NCBI GenBank assembly: GCA_913009575.1
Contig: CAJVWH010000001.1
Location: 1-57,091, forward strand
Source: an uncultured bacterium
GTDB taxonomy: Bacteria > Patescibacteriota > Minisyncoccia > UBA9983
Length of the DNA: 57,091 bases
Direction of reading: 5' to 3'
Part shown: piece by piece, positions 1 to 7,921 of the stretch
Layout of the letters: each line of letters begins with the position of its first letter
Numbering within the stretch: the first letter of the stretch is position 1
The notes under the pieces: generated by a model
What the model was told of the DNA's origin: nothing
Database searches by the model: none
The model's input: only the letters and a program-made list of their open reading frames with translations
Translations under genes and position numbers: made by a program

Positions 1-1071
1 GAAAGTTTTCCCACCCAGCGTCTTCTTGGTGAATATATTGAAGAAGTTGGCGGAAGACTTAATGCTTGGACATCAAAAGAAATGACTTTTTATTATTCTC
101 AAGTTCCGGCTAATTACGCCAAGAGGTCAGTGCATCTTTTAAGCGAGCAGTTAAAAAAGTCGTTGTTTCCCGAAGAAAAAATTCCAATAGAGATGAAAAA
201 TATTGTTCAAGAGATTCATCGCGCGCATGATAATCCTCAGGGTCTCGCAAACCGGCTTTCTGACGGGCTCGTTTACGGAAACCACCCCCTCGGTAAAGAT
301 ACTCTCGGTCTTGAAGAATCAGTTCTTGCGCTTACGAGAAACGATTTTATTGCTTTTAAGGAGCGATATTATAATCCCGCGAATTATGTCTTTATCGTTG
401 CCGGCAATATTACGCAGGAAGAAGCGCTGGGACTTTTTGATGAATATTTTCCCGAGGAAGCAAAACAAAAACCAAACACAAGAATCGCGCAGGAGCTGAA
501 TCCTGTCGCCGAGCGTAAATTGATTCAAAAAAAAGACATTGAACAAATTCATATGTTTTTAAGCGCGACAACCGGCAAGGCATCGGGAGAAGACGCGAAA
601 CACATAGAGTTTTTCACGAGGATGATTTCAGGAGGATTATCAGCCCCGCTTTTTCAGGAGGTAAGGAACAGGCTTGGCCTTTGTTATGAAATTTGGGCTG
701 ATGAAACAAAATGGAGTGATGTTGGAATTTTTGATATTTACATCGGCACCGATCCCAAGCGTTATAGGGAGGCAATAAGCGCGTCCCTAAGGGCGATTGA
801 AAATCACAAAACAGACGAAACACTGTTGGAAAAAGTAAAGAATATGAAAATGGGGAGATTATCGCTTAGATATGAAAATACTATGAATATTATAAATATC
901 GCGGCCCAAGATATCGCTTTTACGGGAAAACCAAAGGGGTATGACCAGATAATTGAAGAGATACAAAAAATTAACATAAAAAATATTGAAAACGCCGTCA
1001 ATAAATATTTGAAGCCGGAATTGTTTTTTACGACAATGCTTGTTCCAAGGAATTTTATTGAAAAAAATTGA
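1..1071 (+). CDS. M16 (pitrilysin/insulinase) family peptidase, 5'-truncated by the window edge
   Basis: Frame 1 is open from nt 1 (ESFPTQRLLGEYIEEVGGRLNAWTSKEMTFYY...). This is the GG-x-NA-x-TS-x-E-x-T-x-Y block that follows the HxxEH site in M16 N-domains. The listed ORF 82..1071 is only the part after an internal Met. Confidence 0.8.
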   Translation, partial: ESFPTQRLLGEYIEEVGGRLNAWTSKEMTFYYSQVPANYAKRSVHLLSEQLKKSLFPEEKIPIEMKNIVQEIHRAHDNPQGLANRLSDGLVYGNHPLGKDTLGLEESVLALTRNDFIAFKERYYNPANYVFIVAGNITQEEALGLFDEYFPEEAKQKPNTRIAQELNPVAERKLIQKKDIEQIHMFLSATTGKASGEDAKHIEFFTRMISGGLSAPLFQEVRNRLGLCYEIWADETKWSDVGIFDIYIGTDPKRYREAISASLRAIENHKTDETLLEKVKNMKMGRLSLRYENTMNIINIAAQDIAFTGKPKGYDQIIEEIQKINIKNIENAVNKYLKPELFFTTMLVPRNFIEKN

Positions 1072-1164
1072 CGAAAAAACCGAAAACTAAAGGAAGATTT
1101 ATTTTTTAGCGATATTGGGCTAAAACCTTGATTTTTTGTTTCTAATGGGGTAAAATGGAGCCAA

Positions 1165-2442
1165 ATGAATGACCTGACCAGGGCACAAGTAATAATGTTG
1201 GTTTTGTTGGTGAGCTTCGTTACTTCTTTAGTGACGGGTATTGTTACTGTTACCCTTGTTAATCAGGCGCCGCCGCCAATTACTCAAACTATCAATAAAG
1301 TGATTGAAAGGACCATAAGAACCGTAGTGCCGGGAGATTCGCAGACGGCTGCTATCGCCGCGCCCATCATCGTCACCCAAGAAGACCGAATAGTAAAAAT
1401 AGTGAATAATGTTTCCTCGGCTGTGGTAAGTGTAGTTGCCACTAAGGATATGCCGGTGATAGAAAAATATTATATCAACCCCTTCAAAAATAACGCGGCT
1501 TTTAAGAATCTTCCGGGAGGATTTTTACCGGATGTGAAAATTCCGCAGTATCGGCAAAAAGGTGTTGAAAAACGGCAGATTTCCAGCGGGACCGGATTTT
1601 TTGTCTCTTCTGACGGGTTGATTATAACGAACAAGCATGTGGTGGCTGACACCGCGGCGGAATATTCAATAGTAATGAATGATGGAAGAAAATTTGAAGC
1701 GAAAATTTTAGCGAGAGATCCATTTCAAGACATAGCGATACTGAAAGTCAAAGGAGAGAAATTTAATTTCATCTCTTTAGATGATTCTAAAAACGTCAAA
1801 GTCGGCCAAACGGTGATTGCTATCGGCAACACACTTGGAGAATTTCAGAATACCGTTTCAAGAGGTATTGTTTCCGGATTAAACAGGAAAGTGACGGCTT
1901 TGGGAGGTATTTCCGGTCCTGAAAAACTGCAGGAATTGATACAGACCGACGCGTCCATCAATCCCGGAAATTCCGGAGGCCCGCTTCTTAATTTGAACGG
2001 TCGCGCGATTGGTATAAACACTGCAATGGCAAAGGCGGCGGAAAATGTTGGCTTTGCTCTGCCAGTCAATATCGCCAAAAGGGATATCGCGGATGCCAAA
2101 GAATTCGGCGCAGTCAAATACCCTTATCTTGGTATAAATTATCTGGTTGTGGATAAAAACGTTAAAAAGCAAAAAGGGTTGGTTGTTGATTACGGCCTGT
2201 TTTTGACGAAAGGGACTAAAGGTGAACTGGCGGTAGCCAAGGGGAGCGCGGCGGAAAAGGCAGGATTAAAAGAAGGCGACATTTTGCTTGAAATAAACGG
2301 GACAAAACTGAGCGGCAGTGATTCTCTGGCATACCTGTTGAGCAAATTAAGGGTAGGTGATAAAATTAAGTTGAAAGTTTTGCGTAAGGACAAAGAATTG
2401 AATCTTGAGGCGGTTCTCGGCGCGCGGCCGGGGAATTTATAA
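1165..2442 (+). CDS. htrA: HtrA/DegP-family serine protease with N-terminal membrane anchor and C-terminal PDZ domain
   Basis: 425 aa. Hydrophobic N-terminus, trypsin-like core with His (TNKHVV), Asp (DIAILK) and Ser (GNSGGPL) motifs, and a PDZ-like tail ([12 protein letters not shown]). Confidence 0.9.
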   Translation: MNDLTRAQVIMLVLLVSFVTSLVTGIVTVTLVNQAPPPITQTINKVIERTIRTVVPGDSQTAAIAAPIIVTQEDRIVKIVNNVSSAVVSVVATKDMPVIEKYYINPFKNNAAFKNLPGGFLPDVKIPQYRQKGVEKRQISSGTGFFVSSDGLIITNKHVVADTAAEYSIVMNDGRKFEAKILARDPFQDIAILKVKGEKFNFISLDDSKNVKVGQTVIAIGNTLGEFQNTVSRGIVSGLNRKVTALGGISGPEKLQELIQTDASINPGNSGGPLLNLNGRAIGINTAMAKAAENVGFALPVNIAKRDIADAKEFGAVKYPYLGINYLVVDKNVKKQKGLVVDYGLFLTKGTKGELAVAKGSAAEKAGLKEGDILLEINGTKLSGSDSLAYLLSKLRVGDKIKLKVLRKDKELNLEAVLGARPGNL

Positions 2443-2447
2443 CCACT

Positions 2448-5141
2448 ATGACTCCATTTCAAAATTTTACAATTAAGGCCCAAGAAGCGGTTCGCAGAGC
2501 GCACGAACTGGCGGTTGAGAGAGGGCAAAATCATGTCAATGTTCTGCACCTTTTGGCTGCCCTAACGCTTCAAGAGGAAAGTGTGGTTATTTCCATCTTT
2601 GAAAAATTGGAAATAGATATCGGTTTTTTGGCAGATTCAATTATGGATCAAATGGAGGATTCCGAGCGTTCTTCCTTGCTCACCCCTTCTTATCAGATGT
2701 ATCTTTCTCCTGAATTGGCGAAAGTTCTTGAGGCATCACATCGCATCGCTAATTTTATGAAAGACAACTATGTTTCCACGGAACATCTTTTTTTGGCGAT
2801 ATTGGAGCTGCCTTCCAATGCGAGAGAAATTCTTGAAAGATTTAAAATAGAAAAAGAAAGCGTAATGAGAATCTTAGATGAATTACGGCAGTCAAAAACC
2901 GAAGACTCTGTGGAAAAGCAGCAGTTTAGGATGCTTGGAAAATATGCACGCAATCTCACAGCACTCGCACAAGAAGACAAACTTGATCCCGTCATCGGGA
3001 GAGATGAAGAAATCAGAAGGGTGATGCAGGTTTTGAGCAGAAGGACGAAAAACAATCCTATTTTAATCGGCGAAGCGGGAGTGGGGAAGACCGCTATCGC
3101 GGAAGGGTTGGCGCGGAAAATCGCGAATGGTGACGTGCCGGAGTCGCTTCGCGACAAAGAACTGGTTTCTCTTGACCTTGCCTCTTTGGTTGCCGGCACA
3201 AAATACAGGGGAGAGTTTGAGGAGCGCCTAAAAGGAGTGATAAAGGAAATAGAAAAATCGGAAGGGAAAATAATTCTTTTCATTGACGAAATACACACGC
3301 TCATAGGCGCCGGCGCAGCGGAGGGCGCCATTGACGCTTCAAATATGCTTAAGCCGGCTTTGGCGCGCGGCGATTTACACGCCATCGGAGCGACAACCTT
3401 GAAGGAATATCAAAAACACATTGAAAAAGATCCGGCGTTGACGCGCAGGTTCCAGTCGGTTTACGTGGAAGAGCCCTCAATTGAGGACGCCATTTCAATA
3501 CTGCGCGGGTTGAAAGAAAAATATGAATTGCACCATGGGGTGCGAATTACCGACGATGCCATCAAAGCGGCGGTTAATTTATCGTCCAGGTATATTTCGG
3601 AGAGGTTTTTGCCGGACAAGGCGATTGATTTGATAGACGAAGCGGCGTCAGCGCGCCGGCTTGAGCTTGACAGTATGCCGGAGGAATTGGAAATAGCCCA
3701 CAGGCAAATTATGAAATTGGAAGTTGAAAAAGAGGCGTTGAAAAAGGAAGCGGAAGAATCGGGTGAGGAGATGAACGGGGCGAAAAAAAGAATCAAAGAG
3801 ATAGAAAAGGAAATTAGCGACCTAAAGGAAAAAATTTCCGCTTTGGAACTGAAGTGGAAAAATGAAAAAGATTCCATTTCAACCATGAGGCGAATGAAAA
3901 AGGAGTTGGAAATTTTGCGTTTGGAGGCGGACACAGCCGAACGGCAGGCGAATCTCGGCAGAGCCGCCGAGTTGCGGTACGGCAGGATACCCGAACTTGA
4001 GAAAGCGATAAAAAAAGAGGAAGCACGTCTAAAAAAATTTCAAACTTCCCGCCGGATACTGAAGGAGGAGATTACCAAAGAGGATATCGCCGCCGTCGTT
4101 TCGCGATGGACTGGTGTTCCGATTTCAAAAATGCTTGAAGGGGAAGCGGAAAAGCTTTTAAAAATGGAGGACGAACTCAGGAAAAGAGTTGTCGGACAGG
4201 ATGAGGCGATTAAAAAAATCTCAGACGCCGTCCGCAGGTCTCGCGCGGGAATTTCTTATGAAGACCGGCCAATCGGTTCTTTTATGTTTCTCGGACCGAC
4301 CGGAGTCGGAAAAACAGAATTGGCGAAAGCGTTGGCGGAATTTATGTTCAATGATGAGAAGGCGCTTATTCGCGTGGATATGTCGGAGTTTATGGAAAAA
4401 CACTCGGTTTCAAAATTCATCGGCGCGCCGGCTGGCTATGTCGGTTATGAAGAGGGGGGACAATTAACCGAGCAGGTTCGTCATCGCCCTTATTCCGTCA
4501 TTCTTTTTGACGAAATTGAAAAGGCGCATCCCGATGTGTTTAACATAATGCTTCAAGTTCTTGATAATGGCCGGCTCACCGACTCCAAGGGAAGGCATGT
4601 TAATTTCAAAAACACTGTTCTTATCATGACATCAAATGTCGGTTCTGAGTTCGTGCGCAAAATGGAAATACTCGGTTTCGCTACGGGAGAGGAGAAGGAA
4701 GAAATCTCGGCGGAAAAACAATTGAAAGAAAAAATCAAGAAAGCGCTTGAAGCGAAGTTCAGACCCGAGTTTTTGAATCGCTTGGATGAAATAATAATTT
4801 TCAACAGTTTATCGTCCGAGCAACTCAAAGACGTCGTCAAAATTCAGATAAAGATTATTTCCAAGAGATTGGCGGAAAAAGGAATTACTCTTGTTGTCAG
4901 TCCGGCGGCGCTTTCTTTTTTGGCGAAGAAGGGGTACAATCCCAATTATGGAGCCAGGCCGTTGAAACGTCTTATTCAAAACAAAATATTGAATTCCGCG
5001 GCGGGATTTATCATTTCCGGCAAAGTTGGCACTGGAGGGAAAATCACGGTGGATGTAAGGAATGGCGAGTTGGTGGTGGAAGCATCGGAAAAAAACAAGA
5101 AGAATAAAAACAAACTGAAAAAGGAAACAATTGTGGTGTGA
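2448..5141 (+). CDS. clpB: ClpB/Hsp100 disaggregase chaperone
   Basis: 897 aa. Clp N-domain and two AAA+ rings (GEAGVGKT...IILFIDEIH; GPTGVGKT...[10 protein letters not shown]) separated by a long coiled-coil middle domain typical of ClpB. Confidence 0.95.
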   Translation: MTPFQNFTIKAQEAVRRAHELAVERGQNHVNVLHLLAALTLQEESVVISIFEKLEIDIGFLADSIMDQMEDSERSSLLTPSYQMYLSPELAKVLEASHRIANFMKDNYVSTEHLFLAILELPSNAREILERFKIEKESVMRILDELRQSKTEDSVEKQQFRMLGKYARNLTALAQEDKLDPVIGRDEEIRRVMQVLSRRTKNNPILIGEAGVGKTAIAEGLARKIANGDVPESLRDKELVSLDLASLVAGTKYRGEFEERLKGVIKEIEKSEGKIILFIDEIHTLIGAGAAEGAIDASNMLKPALARGDLHAIGATTLKEYQKHIEKDPALTRRFQSVYVEEPSIEDAISILRGLKEKYELHHGVRITDDAIKAAVNLSSRYISERFLPDKAIDLIDEAASARRLELDSMPEELEIAHRQIMKLEVEKEALKKEAEESGEEMNGAKKRIKEIEKEISDLKEKISALELKWKNEKDSISTMRRMKKELEILRLEADTAERQANLGRAAELRYGRIPELEKAIKKEEARLKKFQTSRRILKEEITKEDIAAVVSRWTGVPISKMLEGEAEKLLKMEDELRKRVVGQDEAIKKISDAVRRSRAGISYEDRPIGSFMFLGPTGVGKTELAKALAEFMFNDEKALIRVDMSEFMEKHSVSKFIGAPAGYVGYEEGGQLTEQVRHRPYSVILFDEIEKAHPDVFNIMLQVLDNGRLTDSKGRHVNFKNTVLIMTSNVGSEFVRKMEILGFATGEEKEEISAEKQLKEKIKKALEAKFRPEFLNRLDEIIIFNSLSSEQLKDVVKIQIKIISKRLAEKGITLVVSPAALSFLAKKGYNPNYGARPLKRLIQNKILNSAAGFIISGKVGTGGKITVDVRNGELVVEASEKNKKNKNKLKKETIVV

Positions 5142-5165
5142 TAGATTTTTTTAAATTCAATAAAC

Positions 5166-5184
5166 GGGTAGGTGGTAGAGTGTC
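5166..5184 (+). pseudogene. Orphan copy of the 5' end of tRNA-Tyr
   Basis: gggtaggtggtagagtgtc closely matches gggtaggtggcggagtggtc, the start of the intact tRNA-Tyr 49 nt downstream. No anticodon or T arm follows. Confidence 0.35.
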
Positions 5185-5232
5185 GCCAAAAGCGAATCTC
5201 GCCAAAAAATACGTTTAATGAATGTAAATAAT

Positions 5233-5317
5233 GGGTAGGTGGCGGAGTGGTCAAACGCACCAGACTGTAAATCTGGCGGCTTAATTGCCTACGGGGGTTC
5301 AAATCCCTCCCTGCCCA
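5233..5317 (+). tRNA. tRNA-Tyr (anticodon GTA), long variable arm, no encoded CCA
   Basis: Hand-folded cloverleaf: acceptor GGGTAGG/CCTGCCC (one G:T), anticodon stem CCAGA/TCTGG with loop CTGTAAA, long variable arm, T loop GGTTCAAATCC. Confidence 0.9.
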
Positions 5318-5465
5318 TAACGAGAGAGCGTAGCGAGCGAGTTTGGGCGGGAGCGAGCCAGCTGCTTGACTCGCGTGAGGGATTTGAAAGCCGGAGCATG
5401 TCGCCACAGGCGACGGCGAGGCGGGGTCGGCGAGCGCGAGCGGAGCGAGCGAAGCGTATTATGAG

Positions 5466-5494
5466 TTGCAAAATTTGGCGGTTTGGGATATACT
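5466..5494 (+). promoter_or_regulatory. Sigma70-like promoter of rpmG (TTGCAA-N17-TATACT), leaderless geometry
   Basis: -35 TTGCAA at 5466-5471, 17-nt spacer, -10 TATACT at 5489-5494. The ATG at 5501 is only 6 nt downstream. Confidence 0.45.
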
Positions 5495-5500
5495 GCCATT

Positions 5501-5659
5501 ATGTCTCAAGACAGACTTATAAAACTTAAATGTTCCGAATGCAATAGAATTAACTATTGGAGCAGAAAAAATAAGAAAAAAGTTGAACGTAAAATTGAAC
5601 TCAAGAAATTTTGTAAATGGTGCAGGGGCCATAAAATACATAAAGAGGTGAAAAAATAG
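5501..5659 (+). CDS. rpmG: 50S ribosomal protein L33
   Basis: 52-codon ORF below the ORF-track cutoff: MSQDRLIKLKCSECNRINYWSRKNKKKVERKIELKKFCKWCRGHKIHKEVKK. It has the C-x2-C...C-x2-C zinc ribbon and the NY-x-T/S-x-KNKK signature of L33, and a tRNA-Trp follows as in many bacteria. Confidence 0.9.
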   Translation: MSQDRLIKLKCSECNRINYWSRKNKKKVERKIELKKFCKWCRGHKIHKEVKK

Positions 5660-5694
5660 GGTCCATAGTTCAATGGTCAGAATTTCGGTTTCCA
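5659..5694 (+). pseudogene. tRNA-like 5' half (acceptor 5' strand, D arm, anticodon-stem 5' strand) with no 3' half
   Basis: gggtcca-ta-gttcaatggtcagaat-ttcggtttcca has a canonical D arm. No complementary tggaccc acceptor strand or T arm exists downstream. Confidence 0.4.
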
Positions 5695-5718
5695 CCCCGT
5701 CGCTCGCGAGCGACGGGG
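5695..5718. repeat. 24-nt perfect GC-rich palindrome ccccgtcgctcg/cgagcgacgggg
   Basis: Exact reverse-complement symmetry checked by hand. It is flanked on both sides by tcca (5691-5694 and 5719-5722). Confidence 0.9.
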
Positions 5719-5796
5719 TCCAAAACCAAGCTTATGTTTTATGCGTATATTAATGGATTGATAAAAAGAATTAAAAAAAGCATTGAAAATTAAATT

Positions 5797-5867
5797 GGGG
5801 GTATGGTTTAATGGTAGAATAACGGTCTCCAAAACCGTTGGCCAGGGTTCGATTCCTTGTACCCCCG
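5797..5867 (+). tRNA. tRNA-Trp (anticodon CCA)
   Basis: Acceptor GGGGGTA/TACCCCC, anticodon stem ACGGT/ACCGT with loop CTCCAAA, T arm CAGGG-TTCGATT-CCTTG. Confidence 0.9.
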
Positions 5868-5929
5868 CCCGGAAGCAAAATTTCTATTGTGGATATTTTA
5901 GCCGATCGGCCTTTTTACTAACAATAGAA

Positions 5930-6865
5930 TTACAAAAATTTTCTCACTAATTTTTGCGCCTCTCCGTAATTTTCAATCCATTTTGTTTTTGGGTCTTTTT
6001 TCCCGCCCGAGGCGAATCCGCCTTTGGCGGAAAACCAAGTCATTTGGCGTTTGGCGTATTGATAGTTTCCTAAAATTATTTTCTCCAGCATTTCCTTTTT
6101 GCCTCGCTCGCCCGGGCTGATTTTTCCCCGCAAGAACATCGCGGGATATTTGTATTCAAAGCCAAGTTCGTAAATCCTTTTCCATGTTAGCCCCGATTTT
6201 TTGAGATTTTTTGTTTCTTCAATGAGTCCGCTTTTTATCATTTTTTTCACTTTTTTCTCTATTTTCTTCTCTAGCTCTTTTTTCGGAAGGTTAATGCCAA
6301 TTTGCAGAAATTTCCAAGGACTACCCTTGGATTTTCCAAGGGTAGTCCTTGGAAAATGGCCGAGAGATTGCGCAAGTTCAATCGCGCGAATCAGTCGGCG
6401 GGGATTTTTTGCGTCAATTGTTTTGGAGCGTTTAGGGTCCAGTTTTTTCAACATCTTGAATAATTGTTCCGCGGTTTTTTTCTCCAATTGTTTCCGCAGT
6501 TTCCAGTTTGGTTTTACCTCGGGGATGGAAATGCCGCCGGTAATTGCCTGAATGTAAAATCCGGTTCCTCCGCAGATAATGGAAATTTTTCCGCGTTTTA
6601 TAATATCTTTTATTGCTTTTTCCGCGCGCTTTTTGAAATCAATTACCGTGAAAACTTTTTTAGGACTGGCAACATCAAGCAGGTGATGGGGGATACCACG
6701 CATTTCTTTTTGCGTTATCTTGCCGGTGCCGATATCCATTCCCCTGTAAACCTGCCGCGAGTCGGCGGAAATAATCTCACCATTGAATTTCTTGGCGAGC
6801 TTTACGGCCATTTCGCTTTTGCCCGAAGCGGTCGGCCCTAATATCACAATAACTTTATTTTCCAT
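5930..6865 (-). CDS. miaA: tRNA dimethylallyltransferase
   Basis: 311 aa. P-loop GPTASGKS and SADSRQVYRGMDIGTGK, both hallmark MiaA motifs. Confidence 0.93.
   Translation of the reverse strand: MENKVIVILGPTASGKSEMAVKLAKKFNGEIISADSRQVYRGMDIGTGKITQKEMRGIPHHLLDVASPKKVFTVIDFKKRAEKAIKDIIKRGKISIICGGTGFYIQAITGGISIPEVKPNWKLRKQLEKKTAEQLFKMLKKLDPKRSKTIDAKNPRRLIRAIELAQSLGHFPRTTLGKSKGSPWKFLQIGINLPKKELEKKIEKKVKKMIKSGLIEETKNLKKSGLTWKRIYELGFEYKYPAMFLRGKISPGERGKKEMLEKIILGNYQYAKRQMTWFSAKGGFASGGKKDPKTKWIENYGEAQKLVRKFL
6311..6355. repeat. 45-nt perfect palindrome (21-bp arms, 3-nt centre) inside miaA
   Basis: tttccaaggactacccttgga-ttt-tccaagggtagtccttggaaa. Arms verified as exact reverse complements. The miaA frame reads through it (GHFPRTTLGKSKGSPWKF). 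Confidence 0.95.
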
Positions 6866-7886
6866 TTGCGATTTTATTTATTATTTCCCAACGTCTTTTT
6901 TTCTCCTCGGGCGGTACATTGTCGCGCATTTTTGCCGCCAAAGTTCCGGGACGGGGAGAATATTTGCCGATGTATGCCTTTTCAAACTTGATTTCCTTAA
7001 AAAGCTTGACGGTGTTTTGGAATTGCTTTTCGGTTTCGCCGGGAAAGCCGACAATGACATCCGTTGATATTTTCGCGGCCGGCATTGCTTCGCGTATTTT
7101 CACCACCAAGTTCTTGAAATGCTCAACGGTGTAATTGCGATTCATTTTTTCAAGGATTTCGTCGTCGCCGGATTGAACCGCTAAATGTATTTCCCGCGGG
7201 ACTTTTCCGCAATGCGCGATTGTTCCAATGAGCTCGTCGGAAAAATCTTTTGGATGGGACGACATAAAATGGATTTTAAAATCTCCGGGGATATCATTTA
7301 CCATTTTTATTAATTTTGGAAAATTAATAATGTTATCCGCCGCCGCTAAAGCTTTGTCGGATGAATTCTTCCCGCTGTCGCGGTAAGAATTCACATTTTG
7401 CCCCAAGAGCCAAATTTCTTTGCGTCCGCTTTTGACGAGTCTTTTGACTTCTGCGACGATTTCATCGGCTGACCGCGAACGCTCCCGGCCGCGTGTGTAC
7501 GGCACGGCGCAATAAGAACAAAAATTGTTGCAGCCAGTTATAATCGGAACATATGCCGAGAAAGAACTGGAATAAGCTGGCTCAAAATCAAAATATTCGT
7601 TGGGGCTCCACACATCATCCACCATATCACGCAGTTTCTTTTTGTCGTATTCCAGAACGCATCCCGCCAAAATTATTTTTTTTCCGGCCTGTCCGGAGAA
7701 TTGTTTAACTTTTGAATAGAGCCGGTCAATAGCGGATTGTCTCACTGAACAGCCGTTCATCACTATCAAATCAGCCTCCTCCTGTTCGGCTTTCGCATAG
7801 CCGAATGACTTGAGTTTATTTTCAATACGCTCGGAATCAGCAATATTTGCTTGGCATCCGAAAGTTATAATATGATATTTTTTCAT
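6855..7886 (-). CDS. MiaB-like radical-SAM methylthiotransferase lacking a TRAM domain
   Basis: MTTase N-domain (FGCQAN), radical-SAM CNNFCSYCAVPYTRG. The protein ends soon after the radical-SAM core. It overlaps the miaA start by 11 nt (operon). ATG at 7886 (MKKYHIITFGCQ) is preferred over the upstream TTG at 7913 used by the ORF track. Confidence 0.8.
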   Translation of the reverse strand: MKKYHIITFGCQANIADSERIENKLKSFGYAKAEQEEADLIVMNGCSVRQSAIDRLYSKVKQFSGQAGKKIILAGCVLEYDKKKLRDMVDDVWSPNEYFDFEPAYSSSFSAYVPIITGCNNFCSYCAVPYTRGRERSRSADEIVAEVKRLVKSGRKEIWLLGQNVNSYRDSGKNSSDKALAAADNIINFPKLIKMVNDIPGDFKIHFMSSHPKDFSDELIGTIAHCGKVPREIHLAVQSGDDEILEKMNRNYTVEHFKNLVVKIREAMPAAKISTDVIVGFPGETEKQFQNTVKLFKEIKFEKAYIGKYSPRPGTLAAKMRDNVPPEEKKRRWEIINKIANGK

Positions 7887-7921
7887 TGATGAAGAATGGA
7901 TATCGTAAGTCAATTTTGGCT

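Noticed and set aside
2768-3385. A 205-aa minus-strand ORF inside clpB. Similar long antisense or alternate-frame ORFs include 3461..3934, 15582..16055, 43990..44526, 53431..53937 and 54193..55092.
   Set aside because: They lie entirely within strongly supported genes on the opposite strand or in another frame. Their sequences are low-complexity (Ser/Phe/Ile-rich), with no motifs and no independent start signals. These are typical shadow ORFs.
5239-5529. A 96-aa plus-strand ORF spanning tRNA-Tyr, the GC-rich spacer and the rpmG start.
   Set aside because: It overlaps an intact tRNA gene and the rpmG promoter and start. Its Arg/Ala-rich translation reflects the GC-rich repeats rather than a coding signal.
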